From assembly GCA_030637655.1 (NCBI GenBank), contig DAOWGI010000037.1:1-27356 (forward strand): a stretch of 27,356 nucleotides of DNA, written 5' to 3'. Below the pieces are notes generated by a model that worked only from the letters and a program-made list of their open reading frames with translations, ran no database searches and was not told the origin of the DNA. The DNA comes from a candidate division FCPU426 bacterium (GTDB lineage Bacteria; Oederibacteriota; JAAXVQ01; JAUVAV01). A program made the translations under genes and the position numbers. Below are positions 26,623-27,356 of the stretch, one piece after another. Positions within the stretch are counted from its first letter, which is position 1. Each line of letters opens with the position of its first letter.

Positions 26623-27356
26623 TTATTTTAAAACAACAGAATTTTTGTTTGATTCACCACCTCCCACTGCAATATTGGCATTTTGTCCGGTTATTTCACT
26701 CAATGGTATTTTCACATCATTTACTACGATTCCCGCTCCTGAGCTATTGCCTATATTGCCGTTTTTTCCTCTGTTTTTCATCACTACTGATCCGGAATTG
26801 GCTTCACTTCCTGAGCCTATTGCAATATTAGTTGCTGTAATCCCATTAACATTGTTTACAATTTTTCCATTCACATTGCTGTTTTCCAAATATACAGAGC
26901 CCAGATTTGCAGTTGTCCCGGAGCCGATCGCTACATTTGTCAGCAAACCGCCGCAATTATTATTGATAATCTTCCCTTGAGTCGTACTGTTGACAATATT
27001 TACAGCCGCAGTATTTGCACTAGCATTTCTGCCTATCGCAGCATTGGTAGAAATGCCGCCAACTGCTGTATTGACAATAGTGCTATTCACGCCGCTATTC
27101 TCCAGGTTTATTGCAGCTTGATTAGCTTTGACATTCTTTCCAAGACCTATATTCGTTACTATCCCTCCTGCTGAGGTATTAACAATATTCCCTCTAACAT
27201 TACTATTCTTCATGTTTACGGCTGCTTGATTTACTTCGACGTTTTTCCCTATGCCTGCGTTTGTTACAATTCCTCCGGCTGCGGTGTTTACTACCACGCC
27301 TTGCTGGCTGCTGTTTTTCATGTTCACTGCTGCCTGGTTTGCTTCGACGTTTTTCC
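26623..27356 (-). CDS. Second 36-aa beta-repeat protein (5'-truncated by window edge); candidate minor or nucleator subunit
   Basis: The frame stays open to the window edge (KNVEANQAAVNM...). At least five full 36-aa repeats in the same register as the downstream gene (N11, N20, G24 invariant), plus an irregular last repeat. Confidence 0.85.
   Translation of the reverse strand, partial: KNVEANQAAVNMKNSSQQGVVVNTAAGGIVTNAGIGKNVEVNQAAVNMKNSNVRGNIVNTSAGGIVTNIGLGKNVKANQAAINLENSGVNSTIVNTAVGGISTNAAIGRNASANTAAVNIVNSTTQGKIINNNCGGLLTNVAIGSGTTANLGSVYLENSNVNGKIVNNVNGITATNIAIGSGSEANSGSVVMKNRGKNGNIGNSSGAGIVVNDVKIPLSEITGQNANIAVGGGESNKNSVVLK

Noticed and set aside
26100-27356. Calling the repeat genes csgA/csgB, fapC or YadA-head repeats
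   Set aside because: The 36-aa period and consensus differ from curlin. There are no FapC-type linkers, and no trimeric autotransporter stalk or anchor despite the AIG motif.

Overview
Bacterial (diderm-like) window in three parts. (1) 1-9239: one giant minus-strand ORF of at least 3079 codons, absent from the supplied ORF track because it runs off the left edge without a stop. It has a signal-like N-terminus, a very acidic tract, a multi-helix hydrophobic block, disordered linkers, a helical region and the start of a 64-aa tandem repeat array. (2) 9.5-16.7 kb: housekeeping and signalling genes (split transketolase, GAF/HD-GYP phosphodiesterase, cutA, amrB/MEMO1, NHL-repeat protein) with several GTAG-type REP-like palindromes, which supply three TAG stop codons. 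(3) 16.7-27.4 kb: a co-oriented minus-strand cell-surface cluster, visibly more AT-rich beyond ~20 kb. It has two PorV/PorQ-like barrels, proteins with T9SS-like C-terminal domains and a TPR protein. At its 5' end sits a CsgG/HfaB-like lipoprotein, preceded by a small secreted protein and two proteins built from 36-aa Asn/Gly beta repeats. This last module looks like a non-curli, non-Fap functional-amyloid or beta-solenoid fibre secretion system and is the best candidate for an undescribed system. Family assignments come from motif recognition by eye, not database searches.
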